Shown: positions 1 to 13,190 of the stretch, one piece after another
Numbering within the stretch: the stretch's first letter is position 1
Layout of the letters: every line of letters begins with the position of its first letter
Source: Botryllus schlosseri
Taxonomy: Eukaryota
Reading direction: 5' to 3'
Assembly (NCBI GenBank): GCA_051294905.1
Contig: CM119372.1
Coordinates: 40,054,001 to 40,118,000 of the forward strand
DNA: 64,000 nucleotides
The notes under the pieces: model-generated
Seen by the model: the letters and a program-made list of their open reading frames with translations, nothing else
What the model was told of the DNA's origin: nothing
Database searches by the model: none
Position numbers and translations under genes: made by a program

Positions 1-51
1 CTAGTTCTAGTTGCGAGTTTTGAAAAGTGAGTAGTTCTAGCTTTAGGTTTA

Positions 52-304
52 TTTTTTGTGGTATTCATGGAGTTTGTCGACATGGTCATCTACACCAGGC
101 CAATATTCTTTATTTTTATTCCGTATCTGCCGACTTGTAGCACACAGCCCACTTCTAGGCTTTTTTTTAAGACGCCGCTTGCACGGATGAGATGGTGAGG
201 GCGAGCCTAGATAAATCTCCAATACTTAGGTATAGGAATTCAGGAATCGACCTCGGTCGCACTCGAACTCGCAACCCATTGGTGTTGCAGCAGTGGATTA
301 CACC
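52..304 (-). mobile_element. tRNA-derived SINE copy (5' end slightly truncated), inserted in a CTAGAA-rich repeat
   Basis: Reverse complement matches the copies at 3811 and 44368 along the body (B-box-like GTTCGAGT, GCCTAGAAGTGGGC, GGCCTGGTGTA). Confidence 0.8.
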
Positions 305-2301
305 TCAATTTCTAGGTTCTAGTTCTAGTTGAGCATCTTGGAAATGCAGTAGTTTGTAGAAGTCTGGCCCTCGAACCCCCGCAGGGTGTGCAACACTTCT
401 TCTGACACTGGCTACTTCATCGCTACCCTTCACACTTACGGTACACAAGCAAACACACTCTTTCCGTACAGAACGACACTCCGGATTACGCAATTCACAA
501 ACGCAAGACTGATTTATGTATTGCCATCAGCCTTCCACACATTTCATGCGTGAAATTGTGGTTAATGAATGAATTTCGTGAAATACTGGATAAGATTCGC
601 TATACTCAAATAATATTGATATCGCTCACACGTTCCAGACCGAACCGCAATAAAACTACTTTCGTTACACGTAAACTATTTCAAATTCTCATTTCTTGTA
701 CTGCTCCCAGCATTTTTGTGGGGCCAGTAGTCTCGCACCAGCAGGTCGTATTACGCGCACTATATTAAAGCATCCCAACGGCCCAGGCCTGAGACCAGGT
801 GGGTGACTGATTTCAAAGACTACTCCTAGTCGTTTCGAAAACTTCCTCTCTTTTCATTGTAACGCAGTCCCGTGGGGTTTTTTAATTAAACTAATCAAAA
901 AACAAACAGAACTCAACAGCCCAAGCGAAAGAAATGACATAAACTTTTTCCTCATAATTGCGAAGACGGATCAACTAATTCTGTTAATTATGCGTATGTT
1001 TGATATCTTTACTGTTACGATTGTTTGAGAGGGTGTAGACATACTAAATTATGAAAAAATATGTTGCTATGAAATCAGAAAATTCCCTAGTTGTGTAAAT
1101 CCGCCCAAGAAATAATGCACGTGATATGTTACTTCGAGAAGTAATTTTGGCTCTAAATTCCATATAATTCCACTATGCATCACGAACCCTGATTTGATGC
1201 ATTCATACTCCGAAGGGATCCATAGATCCAGACTATGCACCCATGTTTTATACGGAATGAAAAAATTAAAAACATATGGGGCCCTCTTACAAGGTTATAC
1301 AGCACTCCATGGATCTCCCAATTCATGGTTTAATCTTGCTGATCGCACATTATATACTTGGTATAGCGGATATGTTGAATTGAACTTTTACTTGGATTGA
1401 ATTAGCATCCGCAAAATTCCGAACTATCCGAATGGGGTCACGATTTTCGTGCTCGTGGACGTTAAAGCTGTGGTTTCTGTGACGGGGAAATGGTCGTCGA
1501 ACTTTGTGATATCAGTTGAAATGCTGCTGGGAATTTTGGTTTAAAGCGAGAAAGACCTACTGTTTCATACCAATGATCGGAAACTACTCGCATTTTTCTC
1601 TTCCAGATTTATAGACTTGTGCATAAAACCAATATCGCGTTGCATACAAACCTGGACAACTACAGAAATCCATAAAATGGAGAAATCTATTTGTCTAATT
1701 TGGCTGATTGCAGCGAAATCCCTGTAATCTAATTCTGGTGCAATCTGTGAACTGTTTCTACGCTCTAATTTTAATTGGAAACAAATTTCTGGTTTCATGA
1801 AAATGTTACACGAGAATTGTACAGCGCGACACGAGCAGTGTACATACCTTTGTTATTGTCATGCTTATGGGAATGAAGTCTGATTTGACATGGACCGAAC
1901 TTGATTTCTGTTTTATTCTTTGTAATCCGGAATTGATTTCAATCTCCAAGTTTTTGCGAATTAATGCAGAAAACTCTGAAGCTGTCATTCTAATCTAATT
2001 TGGAAAAGCTGGGACTTTTCTTGTTTTCCATGTTTAGAACGTATATAGTGAATGATATGATTTTTAGACTTACAGCTTGTCACGATATGCAGATACACTT
2101 CGCCTGATTTTAATGCATACTTTACATATTTTGTTTGGGACTATTTTCTGTCGATTTATTTACTCGGATCTGACGCCAAGTGTCGATGTCGAATCTTACT
2201 ACAGAGAAAACCACGGATATGAAACCTCTTTGTTGAGTTTTCACGTAACTAATATTTTTTTATATACCCATGATATAATGATATAGGAATGGGATATTTG
2301 G

Positions 2302-2749
2302 CAGGGTTGTATTGACTCAGATCACTATTTTCGTTGACTCAACTCGACTTGAGTCTCTTTGTGTATTGGCTCGACTTGTCATTACGAAGAATGACTCGAC
2401 CAATCCATATGACTTGATTAAAATGATATAATTTGATATGACAGCTTTTTTCGATTGTTATAGGGTCTCTTACCGGTTTTGATAAACATGCTAAATGTGA
2501 GAATAAAGAGTACATTGTACATGTGACACATTCAATATCACACAAGAGTTAGTCAGAAAGTGAGATGAGCCTAGCTTGAACTCGAGACTGAACAGTGAAC
2601 AGTACAACTTGATTCGGACTCGACCTTAGACTCGTATTTGACTCGTTGTTGAATTGAAAATGACTCGACTTGACTCGAGTCAAAACTATGAAACTGAAAT
2701 GTAGCCTACTTGTGACACGGAGCCTATTGTCACTTGGGTTACAACCCTG
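2302..2749. mobile_element. hAT-type MITE (GACTCGA-rich)
   Basis: TIR CAGGGTTGTA...TACAACCCTG; 8-bp TSD ATATTTGG/ATATTCGG. Confidence 0.75.
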
Positions 2750-3003
2750 ATATTCGGTCTGTTCAACAACTTACTAATGTATTCATCGCCATGAATCGTA
2801 GGAACTTTGTTATTCAAGCTCTGATATTACGCTGAAATACAGGCTTCGCATTCATCCGATAAGCCGTTCTATAGAATTCGATAACGACTTCGTAATAGCA
2901 GATAAGTCGCATTATTTGTAGATCCAAATGCCCTACTTATACAAAGTAACAATACTATAATCTGACGTCTAAGATATTTTGATAATCGAAATTCTTACCA
3001 ACA

Positions 3004-3810
3004 AGAGAGAGAGAGAGAGGGAGAGAGAGAGAATTCTCGTATACTTTTCATATCAACATTACACTACAAAAATGTAACAGTGAAATGCGAGATACAAGGT
3101 AAACGGGAGGCTCGATATGACAAAGTCTTCAGAGACGAGCCACCCAGGACAGGAGCAATTTTCACAGTCGATAACTAATAAATAAAAATAAAATAAAATA
3201 AACTAACGAAGGAAAAGAAAAACAAGACACAGTATCACGGACCAATTCGAAATACAATGCAAATTCAATTTAGCGGTAGTTAGAGATAAGAGAATGAAAA
3301 CATTGTTTTTTAAAAGCACAAGAGTCTAAACTACGGAGATTAGGTGACAGCTTATTCCAAACATTGACACCAATAAAACTGATTGAATTTTGTACTAGAC
3401 TGGTAGAGTGGTGTTGCACAGACAGAGACAACCTAACAGAAAATCTGGTATGATGTTGGTGGGTATCTTAAAGTATCTTGAACAGATTATCAAAATATGG
3501 TGGCAGTTCACCCTGATGATAGCTATGTATAAATTTCATTACCTCAAATTTGAAAATGTCTCCCACTTTCAATATTCCAACGCTTCGATACATGCTATTA
3601 CAATTTTCATATTCAGATTTCCGACAGAGAATTCGTATGGCTCGGTTTTGCAGGACTTGCAATTTCTGCAGATGTTTTTTCGCAGCAGGTCCCCAAACTA
3701 GGATCCCATAAATGAGATAGCACTGAATTAGGGCATAGTAGACTGATCTGAGAGTTTGATGAGGAATGAAATTTTTGAGGCGATAGAGAGCCCCAACAAA
3801 TGAGTGCGTT
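3004..3810 (-). mobile_element. 5'-truncated CR1/L2-group LINE 3' end with (CT)n tail
   Basis: ORF segment YYALIQCYLIYGILVWG...LQKLQVLQNRAIRIL is typical of the post-RT region of CR1/L2-group ORF2; 3' UTR ends in a (GA)n/(CT)n microsatellite at 3004-3032. Confidence 0.8.
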
Positions 3811-4084
3811 GTGGCGAAATAGCGTAGTGGTGTAATCCACAGCTGCAACACCATTGTATACGGGTGCTAATCCGACCGAGGTCGACTCCAGAATTCTTAT
3901 CTATGTGTTGGAAGTTTATCTGGGCTCCTCCTCGCCTCGTGATCCGCCTCAGCGGTGTCATATAAATAGCCTAGAGGTGGGCCGTGCTACAAGTCGGTAA
4001 ATACGGAATCAAAAATAAAGTAGATCGGCCTGGTGTAAAATGACCAATGCAGTCGAAACTCGAAGCACCATGAATATCAAAAAA
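3811..4084 (+). mobile_element. tRNA-derived SINE copy
   Basis: A-box TAGCGTAGTGG, CTGCAA anticodon-like loop, degenerate B-box, body shared with the 44368 copy, A-rich end. Confidence 0.8.
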
Positions 4085-5661
4085 GTGCCGACCCGCGGAG
4101 TAGTCGGATGCATTTGAACGTTGTTAATTTAAAGGAGCAGAGATTTTGAAACACTTCCTTGGTACCAAAAGACGAGTTCAAATATTACCCCAAAGAAGGG
4201 TTACAGTTACGCTGATGGAATTAATGCAAGCAAACAATACGTTCTTGAGTACTTCTTTACTGGTTAAGAGCGAGACAAATTAGTATATTATGAATGCGAC
4301 GGATTCGATTCACCCAAGCAGAGTTTTAAAAAAATGGCTTGAATGAGAAACAATATGACTTGGACTTCACTTGAGTTTCAACTCTAAGACTCGAACTCGG
4401 TGGTGAATTGAAAATGACTCAACATGACGCGCCTTAAAAGTAAGACTGTTCTTGGCGCAACGATTTGTTTATCTGAAAAATGGAAGATTTTGACCTAAAA
4501 AAACTTAATTTTGACTTTGTTTTATCTTAAAAATCTTAATTTTGACCAAATTTGACCTAACGTATGCAAATTAGGTGTTTACCCACATAATGTTAGAATT
4601 ATACTATTTATCTTCATTTCTGGTTGGAACTGTCTGTCCTTACGAAGTAGTTTGGCTTGAAAAAAGCTGGATTTTACAGATTAGCAGGACACGTCATGGG
4701 CTGCTAGATCACGATATGATAGGTATAATTGCTAGATTGCGAAACTAGTTTCAAACGGTTGGGCCGTATTTACTGTGATGAAATATTTGATATGGGCGAC
4801 AATGCGGTGTGAGCGGAACCAAGCAATCCGGTACCTAAATTATACAGTCACTGATACTTTCGTGAAAACATATTTGTCACTCCATAACTACTGTGCACGA
4901 AGCGCAAATATTAAATGTTGGTACTCCGTAAAAACAGCCCCGAAAATCCTCAGGCTATCTTTCGTATTGGAATTTGAACTACTTCTACTTGACAAACTGA
5001 AAATAGCGAAAAGTAAGTAAGTTGATCGCAAAATATTACGAAGTAGAAGTAGAGGAAATCAGATCTACTTGAGTAAGTACCAGAAGTATAGGAAAACTAC
5101 CTGAGTACTTCCAAAAAGTAGAAGTACTTCGTTACTGACCACCTCTGATTGAAAGGCCATCAGGTCTTAGAAAACTAAACTGTCCATATTTTTAAGAAAC
5201 GTCCTTGTTTTCAACTTGCGTCCTTATTTTCTCTTATTTTCAACAACTACAGAACTTCGATCGTTTTCCTCTGGTATCCGTGTTGCATAATATTCTAAAA
5301 TAATGCTTTCGTGTCGTGATTTAAATGACATCATAAATGAAAGGAACACCCGTGGTGTACTTACCACAGGATTATACTTTTAAGTGGCAAGATAGATGTC
5401 CGTGAGTGGTATAGCAGTTTCGGCTGTACCAAGCTATCGCAGCGGACGTGATTTTAGCAGTAAACGGCAGGACCAGGTTTCTGCTGTAGTCTGCAGCAGA
5501 ATAAGCTGTGGTAAAGCAACATTTATTTCGTAGTGAAAAAAGGAGCAATGCAGTCGACACTCGGGTTAAGAAGTAGGCCTACTACAGCTATAAATCATCT
5601 CATATCTAAATTATATAGTTTTAGGTTTATATCCTAAAAAGACTAAATCTGATTGGTTAAT

Positions 5662-5823
5662 ATGAGCAAACGTAAAAACGTCATTCGTGACGATTATGAG
5701 AGAGAATTCAAAGGTACCAAACGAAGCTTGACGGGCGAGTGTTTCGCACATTGCAATATCTGCAATTGTGACATTAGCCTGGAATCCCTAAGAAAGACTG
5801 CTATTTCAACTCACACAGAGTAG
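5662..5823 (+). pseudogene. N-terminal zinc-finger fragment of a hAT-like transposase
   Basis: Translates MSKRKNVIRDDYEREFKG...AHCNICNCDISLESLRKTAISTH*, a CxxC...H pattern like BED-type fingers, within transposon debris. Confidence 0.5.
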
Positions 5824-5885
5824 CCTATGTACAACAACGCTTTTTAATGCTAATGTAGTCTATATTTGACTGTCCTTATTTTTAG

Positions 5886-6449
5886 TAGAGGTCGACCGAT
5901 ATTGATTTTTAGAGGCCGATACCGATACCGATATATCGGCACACTCACAGGCCGATAACCGATATCATAGGCCGATATTATTATGGAAGGAGCAGAGAAA
6001 AATTTCACCAAAGATATTCTATATTAGGCCAGATGGCACTTGTTCATGCCACAGAAAGTTGAACAACAAACGAGAAAGCTGATATTGAAAATAATTATTG
6101 CTTATTTGTGCACATTCGTTGAAAATTGGGATAACCCAAAAAACAAAACATGATACAGAATTGCAGATCAGTACAGAAAAGGTAGATTGTAATGCAGGAA
6201 GCATAGTTTCTCTGCATGCTCACCCAGTTAAATTCGTCCTGCAAGGGTAAATCTGTCATATATCACTCTTTACGTCGTCGATTTCTTGAGATTGAGAAGA
6301 CGGAGCATTGAATTTCCAATAATTTTGAATTTTTTTTAAATATAAAATATCGGCCGCAATATCGGCCTTCATAGGCCGATATCGATGATCGGGAAAGCTC
6401 TAAATATCGGCCTCGATAATCGGCCATTTCGATAATCGGTCGACCTCTA
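5886..6449. mobile_element. hAT-type MITE (CCGATA-rich)
   Basis: TIR TAGAGGTCGACCGAT; exact 8-bp TSD ATTTTTAG. Confidence 0.85.
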
Positions 6450-6488
6450 ATTTTTAGGTCCATGTCGATGGCAATCCAGCCTATAGGT

Positions 6489-7000
6489 TAGGGTTACCAT
6501 AATTTGGAAATCTGAAGAGGACGCTTTCAAAATTTTCAGAATCGCAATACCGGATGAAAATACTGAAAAAATGGTAATTTTTTTACACTTCGTGGTCGGT
6601 TGACTAAAAAAAGGTCAACTTCCTCACTTAGCGCCCGAAATACAGTTTTTCTTTCACATTATCAGTTGGTTGACTAAAAAAAAGTCAGCATTTAACCGAA
6701 ATTCCCCCCAAAAAAGGACTCGCCTTCCGTCACTTGCCACTTTCTATTAGCTTCTTTAACTTTCATTCAGTGTGCATGCCTCCTCTTTACATCGCCTAGG
6801 CCTAGGTGGGTGTCTACTCCTAGTCGTTTCGGCATCTTCCTATCATTCATTGTATTGCAGTCTTGTGATAATTTGGAGTCATGAAATTTTATGAATAAAC
6901 TTGGAACAAAATCTCAAAAAATAGGAGATTCGGGCGTCCTCCGAGGACACTTTCAAAAAAGAAGACAACTCCTCCCAAAAGAGGACGTATGGTAACCTTT
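6489..7000. mobile_element. hAT-type MITE (TAGGGTTACCAT family) carrying a LINE 3'-end fragment
   Basis: TIR TAGGGTTACCATA...TATGGTAACC; TSD CTATAGGT/TTATAGGT; related to 45623-46058. Confidence 0.75.
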
Positions 7001-7116
7001 TTATAGGTGATCAAAGGCTTATCAAGCATGAGCTTCCCGAGTCAGTCCGAAACTGCTCCAAGTAGAAGTTGCTCTTCCAAATCTAATTTTAAAAGGCACA
7101 TGTAATTACACTCCCA

Positions 7117-7450
7117 TTGGCCACCAACTACGACGCACTCCTCCGCTATGCACTCGGCATTCACCATCCGGAGCATATATCCACGAACGCATTGCGAGAA
7201 CTCACAGGAACGGTCCCATGCCGTCTACTGGCAGCTGAACGACGCTTCCGCCTAATCGGCCATCTAGTGCGGCATCAAGACGAGCAACCAGCCGCCGCCA
7301 TCATCAATCACATTCCCACGGAGCCATGACGCAGAGGTGGCTGGAATCGGAAACATGGCGCTCGACAATGAAGACTGATCTAGCGCAACGCGGGCTGTCG
7401 CTTGAAGACGCCCACGACCGCCTACGTTGGAGACGCTTAACACGAGCCCA
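7117..7450 (+). mobile_element. RTE-like LINE 3' fragment (pseudogenised)
   Basis: LLRYALGIHHPEHISTNALRE...RRFRLIGHLVR...DRLRWRRL resembles the C-terminus of RTE-clade ORFs; frameshifted. Confidence 0.65.
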
Positions 7451-7836
7451 AAACAGATTATCTCGATGTTCTTTTGTATCCTGTTTTCTTTTGCCCTTTT
7501 TTATTTAATCTAATTGAAAAAGTCGACATATATATATATTGGCCACATCATGTGATACACATGATCGATTTGCTCTAAATACACGGCGGTACAGTGACCC
7601 CTTGGTATTGCTCTCTTACCAGAAAACATGATACTTCCACTGGACGTACTGTGAAGAAAATTTGACCAAGTAGAATAAAATGAGCTCTACTTTGGCAAGT
7701 ACTGCAAGCTGAGAAAACTTGAGTACTTCTGGTCGGGCTCTAGTTAACACCCTTCAACAACCATACTCAAGTTCAACACCGAACAAGCAATTGCAAGGTT
7801 TACAATATTCAGTTTTTATTGGCACAGCGACATCAT

Positions 7837-7947
7837 TCAACCCTTGATGTCTTTCACGCTGAGACTCGGAGGAAGGGATTGCCGGAGTTTCTCTGCCTTG
7901 TCCTTATCTTGGATCACCAAAGTGTACAGGTATTTGCTGCATCGCAC
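7837..7947 (-). CDS. RPL38: 60S ribosomal protein L38, last coding exon
   Basis: After a TTTGCAG acceptor: [42 protein letters not shown] at 7820-7815. Confidence 0.96.
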   Translation of the reverse strand: MRCSKYLYTLVIQDKDKAEKLRQSLPPSLSVKDIKG

Positions 7948-9448
7948 CTGCAAATAATAAAGTGTTTTTAAATGAGCCTACGTGGTCAAAAATTCTCTCA
8001 AAAACATTGCTCAAACACATCTGTGATGACAAATAAACACACATGTCACTTTTGTCACCAAAATCAGAGTTGGACAAATCCACAAATAGATGATTCTAGT
8101 TGTCTAATTAGAGCAAAATGCTAATCGGACTTGTGAAATGTTCATGTTTTTATTTGAATTCCGATCGAATTTCTAGTTTTCCTGAAAAATGCAACAGGAG
8201 AACTGTATGCTGTAAAACAGTGGTACTCAAACTGGTGTGTGAAAGCATCTCAAGGGAGCGCGAAGCTGCGGTCAACTGAAAAATTTGTTCGCTCTATGCG
8301 CGATTTACCTCCAATTCATAGTTATTGCTCTGCGTATAGTCTGGATTTCATATTTGACAATCCTCTCATCAATAGACATAACCTTTCATGCCATCAAACC
8401 ATGTTGGGATTGCTAGCATTCCGATTGCATTTCGTTCAACGACGATTAGGGTGCGCAAAATTTGTCATTCATATAGAGCTAAAAAAGTTTTGAGAACGAT
8501 TGGTGTGAAACGAGCCAAGCTTGCTGAACAGACAGCTGCCATTCTTGTGCTCAAGCGATTGAACTATGATTTGATGTGAACTGAGCCTATTGTTATTGCA
8601 TTTCCAATTCAATTTCTTACATTTTTGCGAATTCAGTCATGCCAAGTCATCCTAATTCTAGAGTAATTTGACAAAGCTGCAAATCTTCCTGTTTCCCAAT
8701 CAGACTAGAATTATAGCCATACATTCATAGTGTTAAGCCCGCACACCTCCAAATAAAGGTGGAGTGGGAAAAATTGAATGTGTGCTGCGTATAAGGGTGG
8801 ATATAATCAAGTATCTGAATGATTGCATTCTGACCAGAGTATTAGACGAATCAAGTATCACTCATTACAATGTCAGATCAGTAAGAGAGATGAGGTAAGT
8901 TCATATATGTATAATTTATGGACGAGGCGAAGAATGTCAACTTTACATTACAATAAAGTTAATTTGATACCGTAACAGTATTTTTCGACCATACTTATTT
9001 CATTCCACTTTGTGACAACGCTGTGGACGGATCACAATTTCACAGATATGTTATTTTCACCAATTTGGTATACATTTGTTTGACAAGTATCCAGATGTTG
9101 CGTAACCAATAGAGGTCTCGAGGCTGCCAGTATGGGGAGAAGAGTATCAAAACCATCATTTTTTAAAGAATAATAGCACAAGTTGAATAGTATAATTGAT
9201 ATGAACCAGAATATTTTCGACTGCCACTGGTGAGCGGTAATTGTCAGCACCTACTAGAGAACCAGAATGAACATGGTACCATGTATCAACAATTAGTGGA
9301 AAATGCCGTATGATTTCGGTTCTATAATAGTATCTCTCATTGCGTGACTTGAATCATATAAATCTATATTAGGGTTAGACTCGAGTACTCAAATTATGGA
9401 GCACAGTCTATGTGAATAGATTCTGATCTAATAGCAGTTTTTACAGAC

Positions 9449-9553
9449 CTTGAATTTGGTGTTTTCCTTGTTTTTCTTGATTTTGACCGACTTTGCGTCC
9501 TTCCTACGCGCGGTCAACAGAAAATCCTTGATCTCCTTGATTTCTCTCGGCAT
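9449..9553 (-). CDS. RPL38: 60S ribosomal protein L38, first coding exon (71 aa in total)
   Basis: [35 protein letters not shown] then a GT donor in phase 0; acceptor 9 nt upstream of the ATG. Confidence 0.96.
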
Positions 9554-10247
9554 TTTTCAGGTCTAGATCATACAATATTGCAATAGATAAATTCAAAAAG
9601 ATATGCACAATACAGTACATATACATTGGTAAAACAGTTAAAATAAAGTCTACATAAAGCAAGAGTTAAGTACACTAAACCCGGGCGAACTAAACAATTA
9701 GTCTGTTAAACCCACAGATCCCACTGATATGCTTGAAAAAAGTCATAGTTTGCGGCAGCTAAAATGAACAGAAAAGCAGGAAGCTATATTTCATTATAAT
9801 TTCTATGCGACCGAAATGATGAACTGGAAAATGAGAGTACTAAATTACAGTCATATACTCATATAGACGTAGAAGCAACTTCTATTTAGATGGTATTATT
9901 TCCAACAGAGTAGGCCTACTTTCTACACAGAACACCATTTCCTCAGAAAACCCCAAAAATATAACAAAAAATGATGCTACTATAACGGTGAAATCCAACC
10001 ATTAATCTGAAGTGCATGAATTTGATGACATTACGATCTTACTAATACAATAATTCATTTTGCACCGGAAAATTAACACGACGAACATGTTTAAAAATAG
10101 CAGATTTTGTGGAGAAAAAACATAGGCGTGCGATCTCTTGCTAAATCTCATTTCATGCCGCAACATTACGCAGGCTGTAAAGACTGTTTAAAGACTGTAA
10201 AGACTGTTTAAAGTGCCACTAAGCCACTAAAACCGAACACAACCCAC

Positions 10248-10342
10248 CTTAGCAGCGAATCGGCGAGCTGACATTCGCAAAAAGGAAAATCGAAGATCTC
10301 GATCGGGAGCCGTGCTCACACAGTACATGCTCTCTGACGTCA
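10248..10342 (-). promoter_or_regulatory. RPL38: RPL38 non-coding exon 1 with polypyrimidine TCT/5' TOP start and upstream CRE palindrome
   Basis: Minus strand TTTTCCTTTTTGCG...GCTAAG|GTGGGT donor at 10247; TGACGTCA at 10335-10342. Confidence 0.7.
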
Positions 10343-10644
10343 TCCAAGACATTCGTGTCGGGTAATATTGCTTTCTGTTCGGAAAATAAGCCTTTTGAAT
10401 GTTATCGATATTTTTCCAATATTTAAAATAATGGTGACAAGATATAAGCTGCTACCATTACGGAAGGAATCATCGGAGACTCAAAGACCGGATACCATTT
10501 GAATTCATATCCGAAGATACATACATCTCCGGGAAACGTAGGCACGATCGAATTATAGAGATTGTACAATCTCTATAATCGAATACAGACGGATGTTTCA
10601 TGAAAAAAATTGAAAAAATAGAAGTTCATCATCATCATCATAAT

Positions 10645-12929
10645 GGGGGAGTTCCACTTCATTTTGAACACGCGGAGGCGATAAAGATAACTCGACCCAA
10701 ATCTGTTTTGTTGCTATATGCTTTACTATGGGATTGGGCTAAACAGGGACCAAATTTCATCTCTTGAGGTACGACGAGGATGGTGAAAGTATCCAGATCT
10801 ATATAAATTATCCATATGGATATCAAATAGCTGTTAGCCGACGAAAATGATGATATTTCTTGGCGTCTTGTCCTCGTGATGGACATTGACATCCAGGCAG
10901 CTTACTATGCTGTTATTTTTCTAGAGTCATATGATATGGCTGTTGTTATATTACTCATTGCGTAAGGACGACAGTCATTTGATATCGAAAGATGCATCAA
11001 TTAGAACCAGAAAGTTTTCGGGAGGATGGTTCCGTTTACGAAGAAGAGGTATATGGAGGATGCCTAGTCCTGGAAAAGTTTGCAGAATAACAGTTCACCA
11101 ACATGATTTATCCTGCATTCCCTGCAGTAAATCGGTTCACCCATCAGTGTTGTGTGGCAGGAAAAATTATGTAATGAGGCTGTGAGGTCCTACAACATAT
11201 AAAAATCATGCGTTTGAATTGCGCTGAAGCTGATGAAACTTCAATTGAGGCAGCCTCGTCTGTTTTGAATGAAAGAGGTTGCAGAAGAGACGTCAGTGTC
11301 AAAAGCTGTTGCAAATGAATAAACTGTAGAGTCATCAGTCACGGCATCTTATTCTGACAATTCAACAATTTGGAAAAAGGAATAGCTGAATCTATAGTGT
11401 GTCACCCGTTATCGAAAGAAGCATATTGGATAGTTGGTAGTGAAAAGCTACCATTATTCCGATGATAAATCCATTGAATATTGTACCGGTACTTTTTTCA
11501 AGTACAGTCACTTCAACTTCTTCTTTGACATTCTGGTACGTTGCCTACCGTATGGATTGAATTACAGATGTTGGACATTGAACCCAGAAGAGTATCAGTG
11601 AGTAAGATGAGTAAATCCAGTGATGATTATGAGCCTGGGTGGAATTGGTGACAAGTTTACACACAACTTTGCTTCATTCGTAATTATTCTATGCAAGTAC
11701 ACCTTCTGTCATGCGCAACTTATTGGCGAAACCAAAGTTTCCGGTCTGGATTACGAGCTCTCTATTGCGTTCATGATATCCATGAACACTGTCGGATATT
11801 GAAAGGATGGCGTCATTTTTGTACTTCCAACTGAAAGACTTGGAAATTAGGTTTAGTTGTAAGACAGTGACGCAAACGATCTCATATGACTTGAACAAAA
11901 CAGGACTATTGTTGTCGGTTGCTTACTACCTGGACTCTTATTATATGTATCTGATACATATTATATTGATAGCGCAATGAACTTTGCTAAAAGGTTCAAG
12001 ATTTCCAAGTTCAAACTTGATGATCAAGAATGACTAAGGCTCACAAGCTCATTTTTGTGTTTTACAATCTACAATTTCATATTAGTATTCTCGTTGAATG
12101 TTCTTGGATATGGTGATGCTATTTGTATCAATTGGGTTTCCACCGTAGTATTTTGCTTTGTGTCTTAATGCAGACCCATACATGGGTTTCTCAAATAGCA
12201 GGTTGACATTCCCTTTTCCTAAGAATTATGTAATAGTGTAATAAATGAGCATGTGTAATAAGTTTCTTAGAATTTTATTATACAAAATTTATGTTCTTAC
12301 CATACAATTTATTTTCGGGGTCGGGCAAAAATTATTCGAGAACCTCTGCTTTATAGACTATATACGCTTTGCGACTTCATTTTATAACTGTTCCATTTTA
12401 TTGAACAAGATAACTGCAACAATACAACTGCTTCATCGTTTATTGTCAATCATCAGAGAGGATGAGATCTAGTTGGTATTATTAGTATTTTATTATTTGA
12501 ATATACCAACAGCAACGGATAGTGATGAGATTAGAGGATAGGACTCGGGTATTGAAATGACATAAATATATCTAGAAAGGGTTTGTGTTGAATCCAGTCC
12601 AACCTGATGTAGTATTGGCCGCTAAGTGGAGAAATTAATAATGATACAACCATTGCAGTCGGTGATAAGGATATAATCATAATTTCAGCACTTATCACGA
12701 GGACAAGACGCCAAGAAATAGCATCATTTTCGTCGGCTAACAGCTATTTGATATCCATATGGATGATTTATATTGATATGGATACTTTCACCATCCTCGT
12801 TGCACGTCTAGACACGAAAATAGGTCCATGTTTAGCCCAGTCCCATAGTAAAGCATATAGCAACAAAACAGATTTGGATCGAGTTATCTTCATCGCTAGC
12901 GCGTGTCCAAAATGAAGTGGAACTCCCCC
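10645..12929. mobile_element. Non-autonomous DNA transposon with ~235-bp TIRs (PIF/Harbinger-ISL2EU group-like)
   Basis: 10645-10880 is the inverted copy of 12694-12929; termini GGGGGAGTTCCAC; flanked by AT on both sides. Confidence 0.75.
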
Positions 12930-12941
12930 ATTGGTATCAAT

Positions 12942-13190
12942 TATAGATAACTAACCTACGGATAGATATACAACACCCGTCGTCACGCTTGCTTGCTCGG
13001 AGGAAAATACTGCTCAACAATCTGAACGCAACGTAATAGCCAATCCCATAGCTGACGACCCGAGCCCTCAAATTGAATAAAGTTGATGTTATCTGAAAGC
13101 TACTGTTGCGTTCCGTTCAGATTGTTGAGCAGCAAGCAAGCAAGCGCGACGACGGGTGTTGTATATCTATCCGTAGGTTAGTTATCTATA
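12942..13190. mobile_element. Palindromic MITE with TATAGATAACTAACC termini
   Basis: ~55-bp near-perfect terminal inverted repeat plus inner inverted repeats; partial 7-bp TSD TATCAAT/GTTCAAT. Confidence 0.8.

Noticed and set aside
7948..10247. Intronic snoRNAs in RPL38
   Set aside because: No convincing C/D pair with terminal stem or H/ACA double hairpin found by eye; needs snoscan/Infernal.
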